Source of the DNA: the human T2T-CHM13v2.0 reference genome, Homo sapiens
Reading direction: 5' to 3' (one strand)
NCBI RefSeq assembly: GCF_009914755.1
Contig: NC_060933.1
Length of the DNA stretch: 64,000 nucleotides
The notes beneath the pieces were generated by a model that worked only from the letters and a program-made list of their open reading frames with translations, did not search any database and was not told where the DNA came from. Positions 1 through 14,855 of this stretch are shown piece by piece (positions within the stretch are counted from its first letter, which is position 1; each line of letters starts with the position of its first letter). A program made the translations under genes and the position numbers.

Positions 1-1070
1 TTCCTCGTGAGTAGTTTCTATTGATTGTACTTTTTTCCTGCATATGGGTCTTACTTGTTGTTTCTTTTCTTGTTTTGCATTTTTTGTTGAAAACTATACA
101 TTTTAAATAAGGTGGCAACTCTAGAAAACTTTCTTGATTTGCAGGAGTTGTTGTTGAAATTTGTCTAGTGACTTTTTAATTGATTCAGTAGAGCCTGTGT
201 TTATTGTCATGTGTGGCCGCAGAAGTCTGCAGAAATTTTCTTAAATGCCTGAAACCTTAAGTAAGGCTCTCAGTCTTTGCCAAAGAGCCTCATGAGTGCT
301 GGGGCATTCCTTCAACAGACATCCAGGAAATTTATAACCCCATGTTAACCTTCACTTCCTTCACTTCCAGTTCACCCCAAACCTTAGGGTCACCCAGGGT
401 GACAGTTTAGGGCCTTCTCACATCTTTCCAGAGCATAATCACAGCCCTGGGCATATGCTCAGCTCTATGCATGTAGGTGACCTAGAGTCTCTAGAATCTA
501 TAGGAGCTTTTCAAAAGCTTTATGAACATCCCATTCTCCAGTTTTTCCTTTCTAAAAAGCTTTTCAATTAGGCTGTTATTTATGTCAGGTGTTATCCACC
601 GCCTCAGTTAGCTGCTGAGTTAAACAATTGCCTTTGAATGTTTTTGGCAAATGCCTTCAAGAATAAGGCTTTTCACACTGGGGAACTCTGACTTAATTCA
701 ATCAGCCTTTCAAGTCAGCTCTTCCAGGGAACCACAGATTAGGTCAGATAATGAGGATTTTCTGGGAGTGAGGCTTTGGCCAACCTGTGACCCAGTCTGC
801 CTCATCCAGTGGATACCAGGCCGCTGGATTCTCCTGTTGTTTCAGATGTTTCTCAAAGCTAATGCTGAGTGGGAGTGAGAGGGATGGATATAGGGCAGGT
901 TGAAATGACACAAGATCATTGTTCTTACTGTGATGCAGCTGTTTTTCTCATATCAATGTTCCGCAGATTGCTGTAAGCCTTTGGTAGCTTCTAGAGTTCT
1001 GAAAAAGTTGATTCTGCAGTTTTTGCCGGTTTCTCATTGCTTTTATGGAAGAAGGAATTTTCTTGGATCT
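1..1070 (-). mobile_element. Old L1M-type fragment
   Basis: T-rich sequence resembling the antisense 5'/ORF1 region of old L1M elements. Boundaries are uncertain. Confidence 0.4.
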
Positions 1071-1544
1071 TCAGTATCTTCACCGTCATCACTTGCTAAT
1101 TTGAATTTGAAGTCTTCTTGTTGTGGAAACTTTCTCTTTTCTCAATTTCTAAGACTCTGCCCCCTCCTGATTCTGTTATTATTTTTTGGAAAACATCTCT
1201 GGCTTTGTGGCCTGTACTTTTTCTGCTTTGTGGTTCCTCAGGTGTTGTTTTTGGTTCTTTTCTTTCTTCAATCCCTGTGTGCTCAAGGAGCTGTCTGTCT
1301 CTGCTAATTTTACTCACCACCTAAATTGCTAGTAACTCCTAAATGCTTATCTTCATCCCCATCTTACCTTCTGTGCTCTAAAATCATATGTATCCTGGTT
1401 GAACGAACAGTTCTAGCTACGTATCAACATGAACAGAACTCTCACTGAATCTTCTAACACGTTTTCTTCTTTCCCAGATACCAGTTTTGGCACCACCAAG
1501 CAGTTGCTTATTTTGAAATATACATTACTTTATTTTTCATTCTA

Positions 1545-1745
1545 GTCATCATCCTGTGCAATAGCTCAAAAACTATTCCTCTTATGTAACTGAAACTCTG
1601 TGCCCTTGGACCAATGCTTCCCCATTCCTCACCCCTCACCCCCAGCCTCTGGTAACCACCATTCTACTGTCTACATCTATGAGTTTGAACTTTTTAGGTT
1701 CCACATATAAGTGACTATAATTTGAAATATTTGTCTTTCTGTCAA
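1545..1745 (-). mobile_element. L1MA 3'-end fragment
   Basis: ccccagcctctggtaaccaccattctactgtctac...ccacatataagtga. Confidence 0.7.
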
Positions 1746-2347
1746 TTAAAAACAAAATTTTTTTAAAAGGAGCTTCTCATACAGCTAGATTGAGTAGCTG
1801 TACAAGAAAGTATTGTATTAAATGGGTGTTGCTTCTCTTCTGTGATTATATCCCTATTCTTACATCCATTGCTGTGACCTCAGTGTAGGAAGTGTTCTTT
1901 TGTGCCAGTCTCTTTGGTTACAACTATTATAGCTGTTCTCTGCTCTTCACCTGCTCTACCCTATATAAAGTTTGGTCAGGGTATCTCCAGACTTCACATA
2001 TATCTCTTCCTTAGCCCCCAGAATTTACAGTGATGATGTCCAGGGAGGGTGTGAATGTCCTAGAGACTACCCCGGATAATTTGCGGAGATGTGGAAGAAG
2101 GAAGGAGGTGGTTGGAAGGAAGTTGTTTTACATTGATTTTTTTTTGTCTTACAAAAACCTAGAATTCATAAATACATAGAGAAATTATGGCAAGTTAAAA
2201 AATGTTTTGAGTTACATATGTTAAGACAATTTTGGGTCTAAAATAGGCCTTTATAACCATTCATTTTAGTAGTAGCTCTCAAAGATATTTTCTGTGTCAC
2301 CCAATTCTGAACCCTTGAACAAACCATTGTTATATTTGTTGTGATAA

Positions 2348-2662
<315 letters not shown>

Positions 2663-2760
2663 TGAACACCCTCAGTTAATGCTTTGCTGCCATATCTTTT
2701 TTTCCCTTTGGAAATCCAAAAGCCTGTGAATCTGGTCCATGTCAATTATTTTGTTTACAG

Positions 2761-2856
2761 GATATTGCATTACTAAACCCAAGGTGATCTCCAAGTTGGA
2801 GAAAGGAGAAGAGCCATGGTCTTTAGAAGATGAATTCCTGAACCAGAGGTACCCAG
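2761..2856 (+). CDS. ZNF658: KRAB-B exon of ZNF658
   Basis: Acceptor ttgtttacag| and donor CCAG|gtgagt define a 96-bp phase 1-1 exon encoding (G)YCITKPKVISKLEKGEEPWSLEDEFLNQRYP. Confidence 0.96.
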
Positions 2857-3004
2857 GTGAGTGGGCATTAACAGAAGGAGCCCCCTGGGGGTACTTAGTC
2901 TTTAGAGGGAGAGCACCTTTGAAAGTTTTTTTGGAACAGCTTTATTGAGATATAATTCACATGCCTACAATTCACTCCTTTAAAGTGTACAGGTCAGTGA
3001 CTTC

Positions 3005-3303
3005 AAGCAACCACAGATCAAAACTATTCAGGGAAGAAATATTGCACTTTCATTCAACATGTATAGACATTTTTTTCCTGTCACTATTCCCTGAACAATA
3101 TAGTATAACAACTATGTACATGGCATTTACATTGTATTAGGTAGCATAATTAATATGGTGATGATTTAAAGTATACAAGAGGATGTGCATAGGTTATATG
3201 CAAATACTATGCCATTTTGTATCAAGGACTTGGGCATTTGTGGATTTTGGTATTTAAGAGAATCCTGGAACCAATTCCCCATGGATACCAGGGGATGACT
3301 GTA
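3005..3303. mobile_element. MER2 (Tigger-family non-autonomous DNA transposon)
   Basis: aggttatatgcaaatactatgccattt...ctggaaccaattccccatggataccaggggatgactgta. Confidence 0.75.
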
Positions 3304-3925
3304 TATGCAGACATCACCACAGTTAATTTTCATCACCTCAAACATACCTGTACCCTTTAGTTATCACTGTCCCATCCCCCCTGCCCTCTGCAGCCCTAGG
3401 TAACCACAGTCTACTTCTGTGTCTATAAATATGCCTATTTTAGACATTTTGTATAAATTGGATCATATATGTGGTCTTTTGTGATTGGTTTATTTTGCCT
3501 AGCATAATGTTTACAACTGATACAAAATACATGTTTCATTCTTTTTATGGCCAAATAATGTCCCGTTGTATGGATGTACCACCTGTTTGTCCATTTATCA
3601 GTCAGTAGATATTTGGGATTCCACCTACAAATAATGCTAATATAAACATTTATTTACAGATTTCTGCATGGACAATTGGTTTTATTTCTCTTTTGTATAT
3701 TCCTAGGAGTGAAACTGCTGGGTCATATGGTATCTGTGTCTTTATCTGTTTGAGGAACCACCAGACTGTTTTTCTAAATGCAGCATTTTTCCGTTCCTAA
3801 CAACAGCATATGGGGGTTCTGATTTCTCCACATCCTCACCAGTGCTTGTTATTGTTTGACTTTTTGATTCTAGCCACCCCAGTGGATGTGAAGTGATATC
3901 TCACTGTGGTTTTGATGTACATTTC

Positions 3926-4319
3926 TGTATTAGTCAGCTAGGGCTATCATAATAAAATACCATAGGCTGGGTAGTTTAAACAACAGAAATTCTCATGATT
4001 CTGGAGGCTGGGAGTCTAAAATGAAAGTACTAATAAGTTGGTTTCTGGTGAAGCGTCTCTTCCTGGCTTGAAGACAGCCACTTTCTTGCTGTGTGTTCAT
4101 GTGGTCTTTCCTCTGTGCACATGCAGTGGGAGAGAGAGAATACTCTGGTGTTTCTTCCGCTTCTTATAAAGATATCAGTACTACTGGATTAGGGTCCTTC
4201 CCTGTGACCTCATTTTTACCCTTTTTGCCTCCTTGAAGGCCTTGTCTGCAAATACAGTTACACTGGGGGTTAGGGCTTCAAGATAAGAATTTGGGAAGGA
4301 CACAAATAAGTCTATAACA
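3926..4319 (-). mobile_element. MLT1A-type MaLR solo LTR
   Basis: TG...CA ends with an ATTTC target-site duplication (3921-3925, 4320-4324). Confidence 0.85.
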
Positions 4320-4648
4320 ATTTCCCTGGTCACCAATGATATCAGGCATCTTTTTATATGCCTATTAGGCTTTGTACGAATAAATGATTCCAGAAATCTT
4401 AAAAAGTTATAGTTTTCAATGTCATTTTTAGAATAAAAAAGTAAAATCATCTTATTAGAAGTGAAGCACAATTAAGGTTTTTGTTTGAAGCCATACCAAC
4501 AAATAGCATCACATAAAGAGTGACATAATTTAGATCAAGTATGTTGCTGAGTCACTAAATGTAAATTATTGGATCATATTGATTGTCTAAAAAGGATATC
4601 CCTAAATAAGTAACATAGAAAGATCATTATAAAAGATCAGTAAAGTTG

Positions 4649-4940
<292 letters not shown>

Positions 4941-5989
4941 TCAGTAAAGTTGTTGAGTCAATAAAGATAAAATAATGTAGATTTCATGTTCTATATCATT
5001 CAGATTTGAATTCAGGCAAGAAATTCATTAAAGTAGGAAAAGCTCTCATTCAAGAGCACAGGGAAATGAAAACCTTTAAGGATTTGAATGACTGCACCAA
5101 ATAATATAATATCAATGTTTCTAAAACATAAAATAATGGAGTTCTAAGAACTTAAAACTCATTAGAATTAGGACATCATAATGTCTCATCTGATTAAACA
5201 GTAGGTACAGTGGACATTAAATAAATATGCTAGAGAGGCTATAAATTACATTTGTATTAAAGTGAACCATACATTTGTGTATATGTATGCTAATGCAAAA
5301 AACAAAACTTTCATGTTTTAATTGAATAATGATAAAATAGAGTATACTATTAGTCTAAAGAGAAAACCTCAATAAATCTAACAAATTAGAATAAACACAA
5401 ACAGTATTCTCTGAACCTAGTTTGGTAAATCTAGAAATTAATAATAAAATGAAAAAAATCCACTTGAAAAAATTTTAGTATCTCTTTTAAACAATATACA
5501 AAAAAGTGTAATGCAATTTTGGATTTGATTTCTGTAATGAAATAATTGTAACTGCAAGTTAGAAACCATCAGGTATAGCTAAAGTAGTGGACAGAAGGAA
5601 GTTCGTAGTCTCATTAATTAAGCAAGAACAGCATCAAAAATACAATAGTGAAAACAGAAGAATTTAAAAGTAAAATTAAAAATAAAATGGAAAACAGAAA
5701 TGGAATGTTTCTTACAAGAAAAATAAAATGAATTAAACTTAACCCTATCAAAGAAAAAAGAGAGGAAACACCTATATAATAAATTCAAGTCAGGATACAT
5801 CTGTAAAGAGGTAACGCTATACCAAACACAATCCCATTCATAAAAACGAGTGATACAGGAGGATTTGCTGCTCTACCAGATATTGAGGCTTTATGTAAAG
5901 TGCTGTGTAGCTAAGTAGCATGGAGCTGGGGGGTGGGATGATTTAGTAAATTAGTGAAACAGAGTAGAAAGTTAAAGAAAAAAACATGA

Positions 5990-6399
<410 letters not shown>

Positions 6400-6567
6400 T
6401 TATCAAAACAAAAGTAGAAATATTCTAGAAGATCATATAGAATAGGTTAATGACTCTTCTTAGGGAAGGATTTAATAAAATACAGAATGCATTACCCAGG
6501 GGAAGGATGGAGTAAATGTATTCCTTTCTACTCTACCCACTAAGTGCAGCTAAATATCTGTATATAG

Positions 6568-6880
6568 AAGCATGCCTCAGAGATATTGCAGTTTCTGTTC
6601 CAGACCACTACAATGAAGCAAATTTCACAATAAAGCAAGTTACACACAATGTTTGTTTTCCTAGGGCTTGTAAAAGTTTTATGTTTACACTATACTTTAG
6701 TCTTTTAGATGTGCAATAACATGTCTAAAAAACAGTATGCATGCCTTAATTAAAATATTTGTTTGCTAAAAACTGCTGAGTCAAACACAAAGTGAGCACT
6801 TGCTGTTGGAAAAATGGCACCAACAGACTTGCCCAACTCAGGGTTGCCACAAACCTTCAGTTTGTAAAGAATGCAATATC
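6568..6880 (-). mobile_element. Internally deleted Tigger1
   Basis: The Tigger1 3' terminus (cctcagagatattgcagtttctgttccagaccac) is fused to 5'-terminal sequence (gttggaaaaatggcaccaacagacttgc...gggttgccacaaaccttc). Confidence 0.8.
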
Positions 6881-6881
6881 T

Positions 6882-7126
6882 AGCCAGGCACAGTGGCTCA
6901 CACTTGTAATCTCAGAACCTTGGGAGGCCGAGGCAGGCAGACCACTTGAGGCCAGGAGTTTAACGAGCCTAGCCAACATGGCAAAACCCTGTCTCTACTA
7001 AAAATACAAAAAAATTAGCCAATCATGGTGGCTCGTGCCTGTAATCCCAGCTGCTTGGGAGGCTGAGGCACGAGAATTGCTTGAATCTGGGAGGTGGAGG
7101 TTATGGTGAGCTGAGATCACACTACT
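6882..7126 (+). mobile_element. 3'-truncated Alu
   Basis: Alu consensus, with no tail. Confidence 0.9.
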
Positions 7127-7258
7127 GAAGGGTGGAAAGAAGAATGAAGATGCACTAGGGGTCTTGGCACCTGACAAAATACAAGGTGGTTAGTGTTATC
7201 AGAGTCCTTGTGGGGCTCCTGATCTTTCACCCATGCCCAGGGTTAATGTAGAAGCCTC

Positions 7259-7561
<303 letters not shown>

Positions 7562-7699
7562 GTAGAAGCCTCCTCTTCCACCCCCAGGGGGTCAGATCAG
7601 TGGGGAACTGGACTTCCTTCCCCACGTAGCAGGCAGTGATGCTGCACCTCACTCCCGCTAGTATAACTTCAGAGGAGGCTCACTAAAACTGAATATTAA

Positions 7700-9165
7700 T
7701 TTTGATAAAGTCCAACTTACTAGTTTTCTTTTACAGAACCTGCTTTTGTTGTTCTATCTAGAAACCTTGAAACTCAAAGTAACAGATTTAGGAATCCTAT
7801 TTTCTTCTAGAAATTTTACAGCTTCAGTTTTTACACTTAGTTGATAATCCATTTTGTGTTAAATTCTATAGAAAGTATGAGTTATGTGTCAAGTTAAATG
7901 TTTTTGGAACAGGGAGTCCAGTTATTCCAGCATCACTTTTTGAAAAGACTGTTACTTCTCCACTGAACAGCATTTCCACCTTTCTTAGAAAACAGATGGC
8001 TGTACATTTGGGGGTCTATTTTTGTAGTTTATATTCCTTTTCATTCATCTACATGTCTTTCCTTATGCCAATACCACATTAACTTGATTACTCTAGCTTA
8101 TTAAGTTTTGAAGTCAAGTACTTCTCCAGTTTTCATCTTGTGTATAAATTTTTAAATGAGGTTCATAATCTTTACAAAGGAAACATGTTGGCATTTAAAC
8201 TGGAGTGGCATTGAATCTGTAGAACTTAGGAGAATTGACATCTTAACAACGTACAGTCTTCCAGTCCATACACAAAATATCCCTACTGATTTATTTACTG
8301 TTTCTTTGATTTCTTTCATCAATGTCTTTTAGTTTTTAGAACACAGATAACGAGGCTTTTTTAATTTTTGTTTTTAATTTTGTTTTGATGCTGTAATATT
8401 GTTTCTGTGATTTAAAATTCCAATTCATCATTGTATGTTTGTAGGCATAGATTTGTATATTGGCCTTAGATTCTGCCCTTGCTAAAAACACTTATTAGTT
8501 CAAGGAACTTTTTTGATTTTAAACTTTCTGTGTAAATTTACTCTGTATCTTTGTGTTTTTATTCTTACCTTTTTGCACTGGCTGGTCCTTCCAGTGCAAT
8601 CTTGTGTAAAGCTACTGGTAGTGGGCATCTTTGTCTTTTTCCTGATCTTAGAGGGAAGACATTCAGTCTCTCTTGAGTATAATGTTAGTTATAGGCTTTT
8701 TATAGATTACTTTTATTAAATTAATAAATGGATTTTGAATTTTGTTAAAATTTTTGGCATTGATGTAGTGTGTGATTTTAGTTCTTCAGACTAATGATAG
8801 GAGATTACATTGACCTGAAATGCAGCATAAAAACTATAGTTTTTATAGTATTGCAGTGTAGTAACTGTTTGGCATTTTTGAGGTAAATTTCACTGATACA
8901 TTATCTATGTTTATATATTTCAGTGTACTTTTTGGGACATTTTTGCATTTATGTTATGGGAGATATTGGTCTGAAAGCTTCTTTTCTTGAATAGTATTTG
9001 CCTAATCTTGCTATGAGGATGAGGCAGGCCTTATAAAATGATTTGGGAAATATTCCATCTTTTATTTTCTAGAAGACATTGTGTAGGATTGGTATTATTT
9101 CTTCCTTGGATGTTTGGTAAAATTTACTAGTTAAAACTATTTGGTCCAGAAGTTGTTCTTTGGAA
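7700..9165 (-). mobile_element. Old L1M ORF2 fragments
   Basis: ccagttattccagcatcactttttgaaaagac; ttgaatctgtag...gagaattgacatcttaacaa; cctgatcttagagggaag. Confidence 0.7.
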
Positions 9166-9167
9166 TT

Positions 9168-9168
<1 letters not shown>

Positions 9169-9207
<39 letters not shown>

Positions 9208-9208
9208 A
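9169..9208. repeat. (CA)n microsatellite
   Basis: About 16 perfect CA units, then degenerate. Confidence 0.95.
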
Positions 9209-9549
9209 TATATAGAGGAAGATTTCATTACATTCTTAAGCCTTATTTACATATGCAAACATAGTTAAAATTTGAGTAAATTAGACATTCAGTTAACATA
9301 TCCTCCATCATAATGAAGTAAGTTAATATGTTGTCGTAAATATCCTTTTCACTGACAGCTCCTTTAGAAAAAAAGTCTTTTAGATTATTCTGCCATTATG
9401 TTTTAACATTTGACATAGAATATATTCTCTGTGGTTACAATACACATTCACCTGCCTCTTCTTTCCACTTAGATTGTCCAAATAAAGTTAGTTTGCTTTT
9501 ATAGTTAAAAAAAAAAAAAAGAGAGAGACTAGAATGCTGTTACAAAACG

Positions 9550-9756
9550 GTGTCAGAGCTAGCTACTTCACTTTTCACCATGTAAGGATATAACAAGAAG
9601 TGAGTGGTCTGTAAACCAGAAGAGGTCTTCACAAGAACACAGTCATGTTGGCACCCTAATCTCAGACTTCCAGTCTCCTGCACTGGGAAAAATAAATGTT
9701 TATTCTTTAAGCCATTTAGTCTATGGTAATTTGTTGTAGTAGCCCGAACTAAGACA
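9550..9756 (+). mobile_element. MaLR (MLT1A/MST) LTR 3' fragment
   Basis: ctcagacttccagtctcc...aataaatgtttattctttaagcc...gcccgaactaagaca. Confidence 0.7.
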
Positions 9757-10019
9757 GAGTTATTGTTATTGTTGTTTTATTATCTCTTGAATGTCTGTTA
9801 GTAGTTAGTCCTCTCTTGAATTTTTGGTATTGGTAATTTGTGTCTTCTCTTTTTTTCTCTCTGATGGTTTTTATCATTAAAAAAACTTTTTAAAAAATTA
9901 AGCTTTTGGTTTGACTTTTTTGTCATCCTTCTACTTTCTTTCAATTTAATGTCCTGTCTTTATCTAGTTTCCTAAGGGGGAAAGAAGCATCTGACTGGAG
10001 ATCTTTCTTTTCAAATATA

Positions 10020-10296
10020 ATTTTTTTAAAGACAGAGTCTCACTCTGTCACCCAGGCTGGAGTACCGTGGCTCACTGCACCTCCACATCCCGAGTTCAAG
10101 CAATTCTCCTGCCCCAGCCTCCTGAGTAGCTGGGATTACAGGTGTGCACCACCACACTCGGCTAACTTTTGTATTTTTAGTAGAGAAGGGGTTTCACCAT
10201 GTTGGTCAGGCTGGTCTCAAACTCCTGACCTTGTGATCCACACACCTCAGCCTCTCAAAGTGATGGGATTACAGGCGTGAGCCACCGCGTCTGGCC
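10020..10296 (-). mobile_element. Alu
   Basis: Antisense Alu consensus. Confidence 0.95.
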
Positions 10297-11538
10297 AAAA
10301 AAATTTAAGCCCCAAATTTATCTCTGTGTACTGCCTTAGCTGTATCCACAAATTTCTGTATTCTAAGTTGTTTTGTTTACATTCACTTCAAAATATCTCA
10401 TTTGAGAATTCTTTCACCCATGGGTTAATTAGGAATGTGTAACTTACAGTTCTTTTGTATTTCTCCAGATAAATTTGTGTTTACTGATTTCTGGTATAAT
10501 TTCTCTGTGGCCCAAGATCATCCTCTGTATAATTTATTTCTTCTATATTTCTGAAGGTTTGTCTTACAGTCTAGAATATAGTCTGTTTTGATGATTGTTC
10601 CATGTGCATTTCAGAAGAATGTGAATTCAGCTGTTGAATGCATTGTGTCTTCAGGTTTGAAGCCATGGTTATTGCAAGTGCTACTTTATCTTATCTCTTC
10701 TGCTTGAGTATTGGGTCTACTGTGTATTCCTGCCTCTCCTCTTACTTCTGTGCTTCTTTTTTTCTTGTTTCCTTCCCATAGCTGCTATGAGTTCCTGTCA
10801 GTGCCCTAAAACAACTTATTATATTCTTGCCCTTGCAGATTAAGACATTTGTTCCATAAATTAGATAATAATTTGGTTCTAGGCAGAATTTTGGTAGTGG
10901 CTGCTGTGACCATCTCCCAGCATATCCTAAGAATGGAACTTTCTCAGGATTCTTCATGGCTCATGGAAGAAAACATATAAGAGCATGCAGATCCTGTGTA
11001 TCTACGGCAGGGAACATTAGCTCCCTGCTCAGCCTCCATGGAACCACAGGATTGTATCATTTTGGTTTGGCCTGAGCATGAGAAAACATCAAAAGTGTTT
11101 CCTGTTCTGTTAGACCACCATTTTCTCAGACCTCTGGCTGGAAGAAGCAGGCTTTTCTTTGTGCTCTTTTTGTCTGTGCCTGTCAGTGCAGGATTGTAGG
11201 TTTCTTCAGCACCCAGTCTAGGATATAGAATAGCCTTGGAATTCCATACTGTGTCATTTCTTAAGTCCTGAAGTCCACTTTCTTTCCATTTTGTAGTATT
11301 CGTATATTTGTATATTTGTTAATCTTTTTTTGTTGTTTTGTTTTTTCTCTAGGGATTTTTAATTGTAAGAGGGAAGATGTGGGAGGAAAGGGGTTACTAC
11401 TCCACCTTGACTGGCCCTGGAAATAATACCTGTTTTATAAACAGCATGGATGAAGAGAGAGTCTGTCTGTGTGCATGAAGTATTTAATATTTGGAAACAT
11501 GACCAGAAACAATAGAATAAAATACATAACAAAACAGG

Positions 11539-11840
<302 letters not shown>

Positions 11841-11913
11841 AAAATATGAGTATAAGTTCTTCTCCATGAGAAATGTAAGATTTATACTATATTTTCAATT
11901 TTTCTCATTTTAG

Positions 11914-14855
11914 GATATTTTAAAGTTGATCACATCAAAGGGATCCGGGAAAAACAAGAAAAACCTCTGTGGCAAGAAATATTCATCAGTGATGCTGACA
12001 AAACATTGAGTAAAGAAGGACAGAAAGTTTTAGAAAAACCATTTAATCTGGAAATAGCTCCAGAGCTTTCAGAAAAAATATCCTGTAAATGTGACTCACA
12101 CAGAATGAATTTGCCAGTTGCTTCTCAATTAATTATAAGTGAAAGAAAATATTCAAGAAAGAAGACTGAATACATGAATGTGTGTGAGAAACTGCAGCTT
12201 GATATTAAGCATGAGAAAGCTCATGCTGAAGAGAAATCTTATGAACATGGTGAAAATGCTAAAGCTTTCAGTTATAAGAAAGATCAGCATTGGAAATTTC
12301 AAACTTTGGAGGAATCTTTTGAATGTGATGGATCTGGACAAGGTTTATATGATAAGACAATTTGTATTACACCTCAGAGTTTTCTAACAGGAGAAAAGTC
12401 CTGTAAGGATGATGAATTTAGAAAAAACTTTGATAAAATCACTTTATTTAACCACATGAGAACTGACACAAGGGGGAAATGCTCTGATCTTAATGAATAT
12501 GGGACATCCTGTGACAAAACCACCGCTGTTGAATACAATAAAGTTCACATGGCTATGACACACTATGAGTGTAATGAAAGGGGGATTAATTTCAGTAGGA
12601 AGTCACCCCTCACTCAATCTCAGAGAACTATTACAGGATGGAGTGCTTTTGAAAGCAATAAATGTGAAGAAAATTTTAGCCAGAGCTCAGCCCATATAGT
12701 ACATCAGAAAACACAAGCTGGAGATAAATTTGGTGAACATAATGAATGTACAGATGCCCTCTACCAGAAATTAGACTTTACAGCACATCAGAGAATTCAC
12801 ACAGAAGATAAATTCTACCTTTCTGATGAACATGGGAAATGCAGAAAATCCTTTTACCGGAAAGCACACCTCATTCAGCATCAGAGGCCCCACTCAGGAG
12901 AGAAAACTTACCAATATGAGGAATGTGCAAAATCCTTTTGTTCAAGTTCACATCCTATTCAGCATCCTGGAACTTATGTGGGATTCAAACTTTATGAATG
13001 TAATGAATGTGGGAAAGCTTTCTGTCAGAATTCAAACCTCAGTAAACATCTGAGAATTCACACAAAAGAGAAACCTTGTGATAACAATGGCTGTGGGAGA
13101 TCTTACAAGTCACCCCTCATAGGACACCAGAAAACAGATGCAGAGATGGAACTCTGTGGTGGCAGTGAATATGGGAAGACATCACATCTCAAAGGACATC
13201 AGAGAATTCTCATGGGGGAGAAACCCTATGAATGTATTGAATGTGGGAAAACTTTCTCCAAGACATCACATCTCAGAGCACATCAGAGAATTCACACAGG
13301 TGAAAAACCCTATGAATGTGTTGAATGTGAGAAAACTTTCTCTCACAAGACACACCTCAGTGTACATCAGAGAGTTCACACAGGGGAGAAACCCTATGAA
13401 TGTAATGACTGTGGGAAATCTTTTACCTATAACTCAGCCCTGAGAGCACATCAAAGAATTCACACAGGTGAGAAGCCCTATGAATGCAGTGACTGTGAGA
13501 AAACTTTTGCCCATAATTCAGCCCTCAGAGCACATCATAGAATTCACACGGGGGAGAAACCTTATGAATGTAATGAATGTGGAAGGTCTTTTGCCCATAT
13601 TTCTGTTCTCAAGGCACATCAAAGAATTCACACAGGGGAGAAACCCTATGAATGTAATGAATGTGGGAGATCTTTCACCTACAATTCAGCCCTGAGAGCA
13701 CATCAGAGAATTCACACAGGTAGAAAACCCTATGAATGTAGTGACTGTGAGAAAACTTTTGCCCATAATTCAGCCCTCAAAATACATCAGAGAATTCACA
13801 CGGGGGAGAAACCCTATGAATGTAATGAATGTGAGAAAACATTTGCCCATAATTCAGCCCTTAGAGCACATCAGAATATCCACACAGGGGAGAAACTCTA
13901 TGAATGTAGTGAATGTGGAAAAACTTTTTTCCAGAAGACACGCCTCAGTACACATCGGAGAATTCACACAGGGGAGAAACCCTATGAATGTAGCAAGTGT
14001 GGGAAAACTTTCTCCCAGAAATCATACCTCAGTGGACATGAGAGAATTCACACAGGGGAAAAACCGTATGAATGTAACGTATGTGGGAAAACTTTTGTCT
14101 ATAAGGCAGCCCTCATAGTGCATCAAAGAATTCACACAGGGGAGAAACCCTATGAATGTAACCAATGTGGGAAAACTTTCTCCCAAAGAACACACCTCTG
14201 TGCACATCAGAGAATTCATACTGGGGAAAAACCCTATGAGTGTAATGAATGTGGGAAAACGTTTGCTGATAATTCAGCCCTCAGGGCACATCACAGAATT
14301 CACACAGGGGAGAAACCCTATGAATGTAATGACTGTGGGAAGACTTTCTCCAAGACATCACATCTCAGAGCACATCTTAGAACTCGCTCAGGGGAGAAAC
14401 CCTATGAATGCAGTGAATGTGGGAAAACCTTCTCTGAGAAGTCATATGTTAGTGCACATCAGAGAGTTCATACGGGGGAGAAACCCTACGAATGTAATGT
14501 ATGTGGGAAGCCATTTGCCCATAATTCAACCCTCAGAGTACATCAAAGAATTCACACAGGGGAGAAATCCTATGAATGTAATGATTGTGGGAAAACGTTC
14601 TCCCAGAAATCACACCTTAGTGCACACCAGAGAATTCACACAGGGGAGAAACCCTATGAGTGTAATGAATGCGGGAAAGCTTTTGCCCAAAATTCAACTC
14701 TCAGAGTACACCAGAGAATTCACACAGGGGAGAAACCCTATGAATGTGATGAATGTGGGAAAACTTTTGTCCGTAAGGCAGCTCTTAGGGTACATCACAC
14801 CAGAATGCATACCAGAGAGAAAACCCTAGCATGTAATGGATTTGGGAAGTCCTGA
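11914..14855 (+). CDS. ZNF658: Last coding exon of ZNF658: spacer with relic fingers, one isolated C2H2 finger and a tandem array of 19 finger units (18 with complete C2H2 ligands)
   Basis: Acceptor tttctcattttag|GA TAT TTT is in frame with the 949-aa ORF 12006-14855, which has TGEKPYEC linkers. The three exons total 3165 nt (1054 aa + stop), matching the ~1059-aa ZNF658 protein as I remember it once a short upstream ATG exon is added. The intact ORF favours ZNF658 over its ZNF658B-type paralogues. Confidence 0.93.

Larger units (their letters stand above)
2935..4375 (-). mobile_element. L1MB-type 3' region with nested MER2 and MLT1A
   Basis: cagctttattgagatataattcacat...; cagccctaggtaaccac...; ccacatcctcaccagtgcttgttattg. 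Confidence 0.75.

Noticed and set aside
651-1324. Short ORFs upstream of the KRAB exon as the ZNF658 start exon
   Set aside because: They lie in repeat-derived intron sequence. I found no short ATG exon with a suitable phase-0 donor, so the start is probably upstream of the window.
12826-14829. Alternative-frame ORFs ([11 protein letters not shown] repeats, up to 225 aa) over the finger exon
   Set aside because: These are the typical off-frame shadow of C2H2 arrays.
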